Shown in pieces: positions 63,665-64,000 of a DNA stretch of 64,000 nucleotides (position 1 is its first letter; each line of letters starts with the position of its first letter). A program made the translations under genes and the position numbers. The DNA comes from a virus, in the IMG/VR virus record IMGVR_UViG_3300024999_000004, positions 29,596 through 93,595 of that record, one strand, 5' to 3'. The notes beneath the pieces are model-generated. The model did no database searches, was not told where the DNA came from, and saw nothing but the letters and a program-made list of their open reading frames with translations.

Positions 63665-64000
63665 CTATCCTGTCAGGGTCCGGGAGTAGGGTTTAGAGAG
63701 AGCGAAGGCGAAGCGGTAGAGGCGGAGGTCTTCGTCTGTGTCATCGATGAAAGCAACATCTGTGCCGTTCAGGGCAGCGAGGGCGGGGAAACCTCCGCCT
63801 ATATTAGTACTTCCAGCAGAGGCTAAGTGAGCCCACACGGTACCGTTCCAACGATACATGCGGAGATCATCGTTAGTCGCATCAATAAATGCCACATCTG
63901 TTCCGTTCATGGCCGCAAGAGCGGGGGCACCTATCCCTGGAATATTGAGTTCACTGCCCGCAACATAAGCCCACACGGTACCGTTCCAACGATACATGCG
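63665..64000 (-). CDS. C-terminal part of a repeat (beta-propeller-like) virion/tail protein
   Basis: About 46-aa repeats ALAA.NGTDVAFID.T..DLR.YRW.GT.W; 32-bp DNA repeat at 63831 and 63969. Confidence 0.65.
   Translation of the reverse strand, partial: RMYRWNGTVWAYVAGSELNIPGIGAPALAAMNGTDVAFIDATNDDLRMYRWNGTVWAHLASAGSTNIGGGFPALAALNGTDVAFIDDTDEDLRLYRFAFALSKPYSRTLTG

Noticed and set aside
63831-64000. DGR template/variable repeat pair in the tail-like gene
   Set aside because: The 32-bp duplication is an in-frame protein repeat, and no reverse transcriptase is present in the window.
1-64000. Integrated prophage or host chromosome
   Set aside because: No integrase, att site or housekeeping genes; organisation is uniformly phage-like.

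Overview
This window is about 64 kb of a large, apparently lytic dsDNA phage genome. No integrase, capsid or terminase genes are visible. Layout: (i) 1-1.7 kb, a leftward small-gene unit; (ii) 1.8-2.2 kb, a non-coding palindrome/direct-repeat block between divergent promoters; (iii) 2.2-9.1 kb, about 20 small early-type ORFs in DNA visibly depleted in CAG/CTG and CAC/GTG, including a 7-unit hairpin tandem array; (iv) 9.1-10.5 kb, an AT-rich control region with ten TAAnTCCTT-N7-AAGGAnTTA palindromes and divergent GAGCCCC arrays, across which a dispersed 34-bp element switches orientation; (v) 10.5-34.5 kb, accessory genes driven by near-consensus sigma70 promoters (AbrB-like pair, stand-alone primase domain, J-domain/kinase-like + acidic peptide + vWA + PurA-like cluster, SLT, radical SAM, RtcB); (vi) 34.5-58.7 kb, replication and modification genes (PD-(D/E)XK nuclease, SNF2 helicase, SSB-like, AEP primase, UvrD, PolA, four DNA methyltransferases, two HNH endonucleases, DUF550, three tRNAs and a tRNA-like structured RNA); (vii) 58.8-64 kb, a convergent late unit with an unusual lysis cassette (class-3 lipase, L,D-transpeptidase-fold enzyme, holin-like protein, dual-frame overlapping spanin-like pair). 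The most promising undescribed systems are the polar DNA-element/origin-or-injection-stop architecture, the J-kinase/peptide/vWA/PurA module and the lipase plus dual-frame lysis cassette. All family assignments are by eye from motifs; no searches were run.
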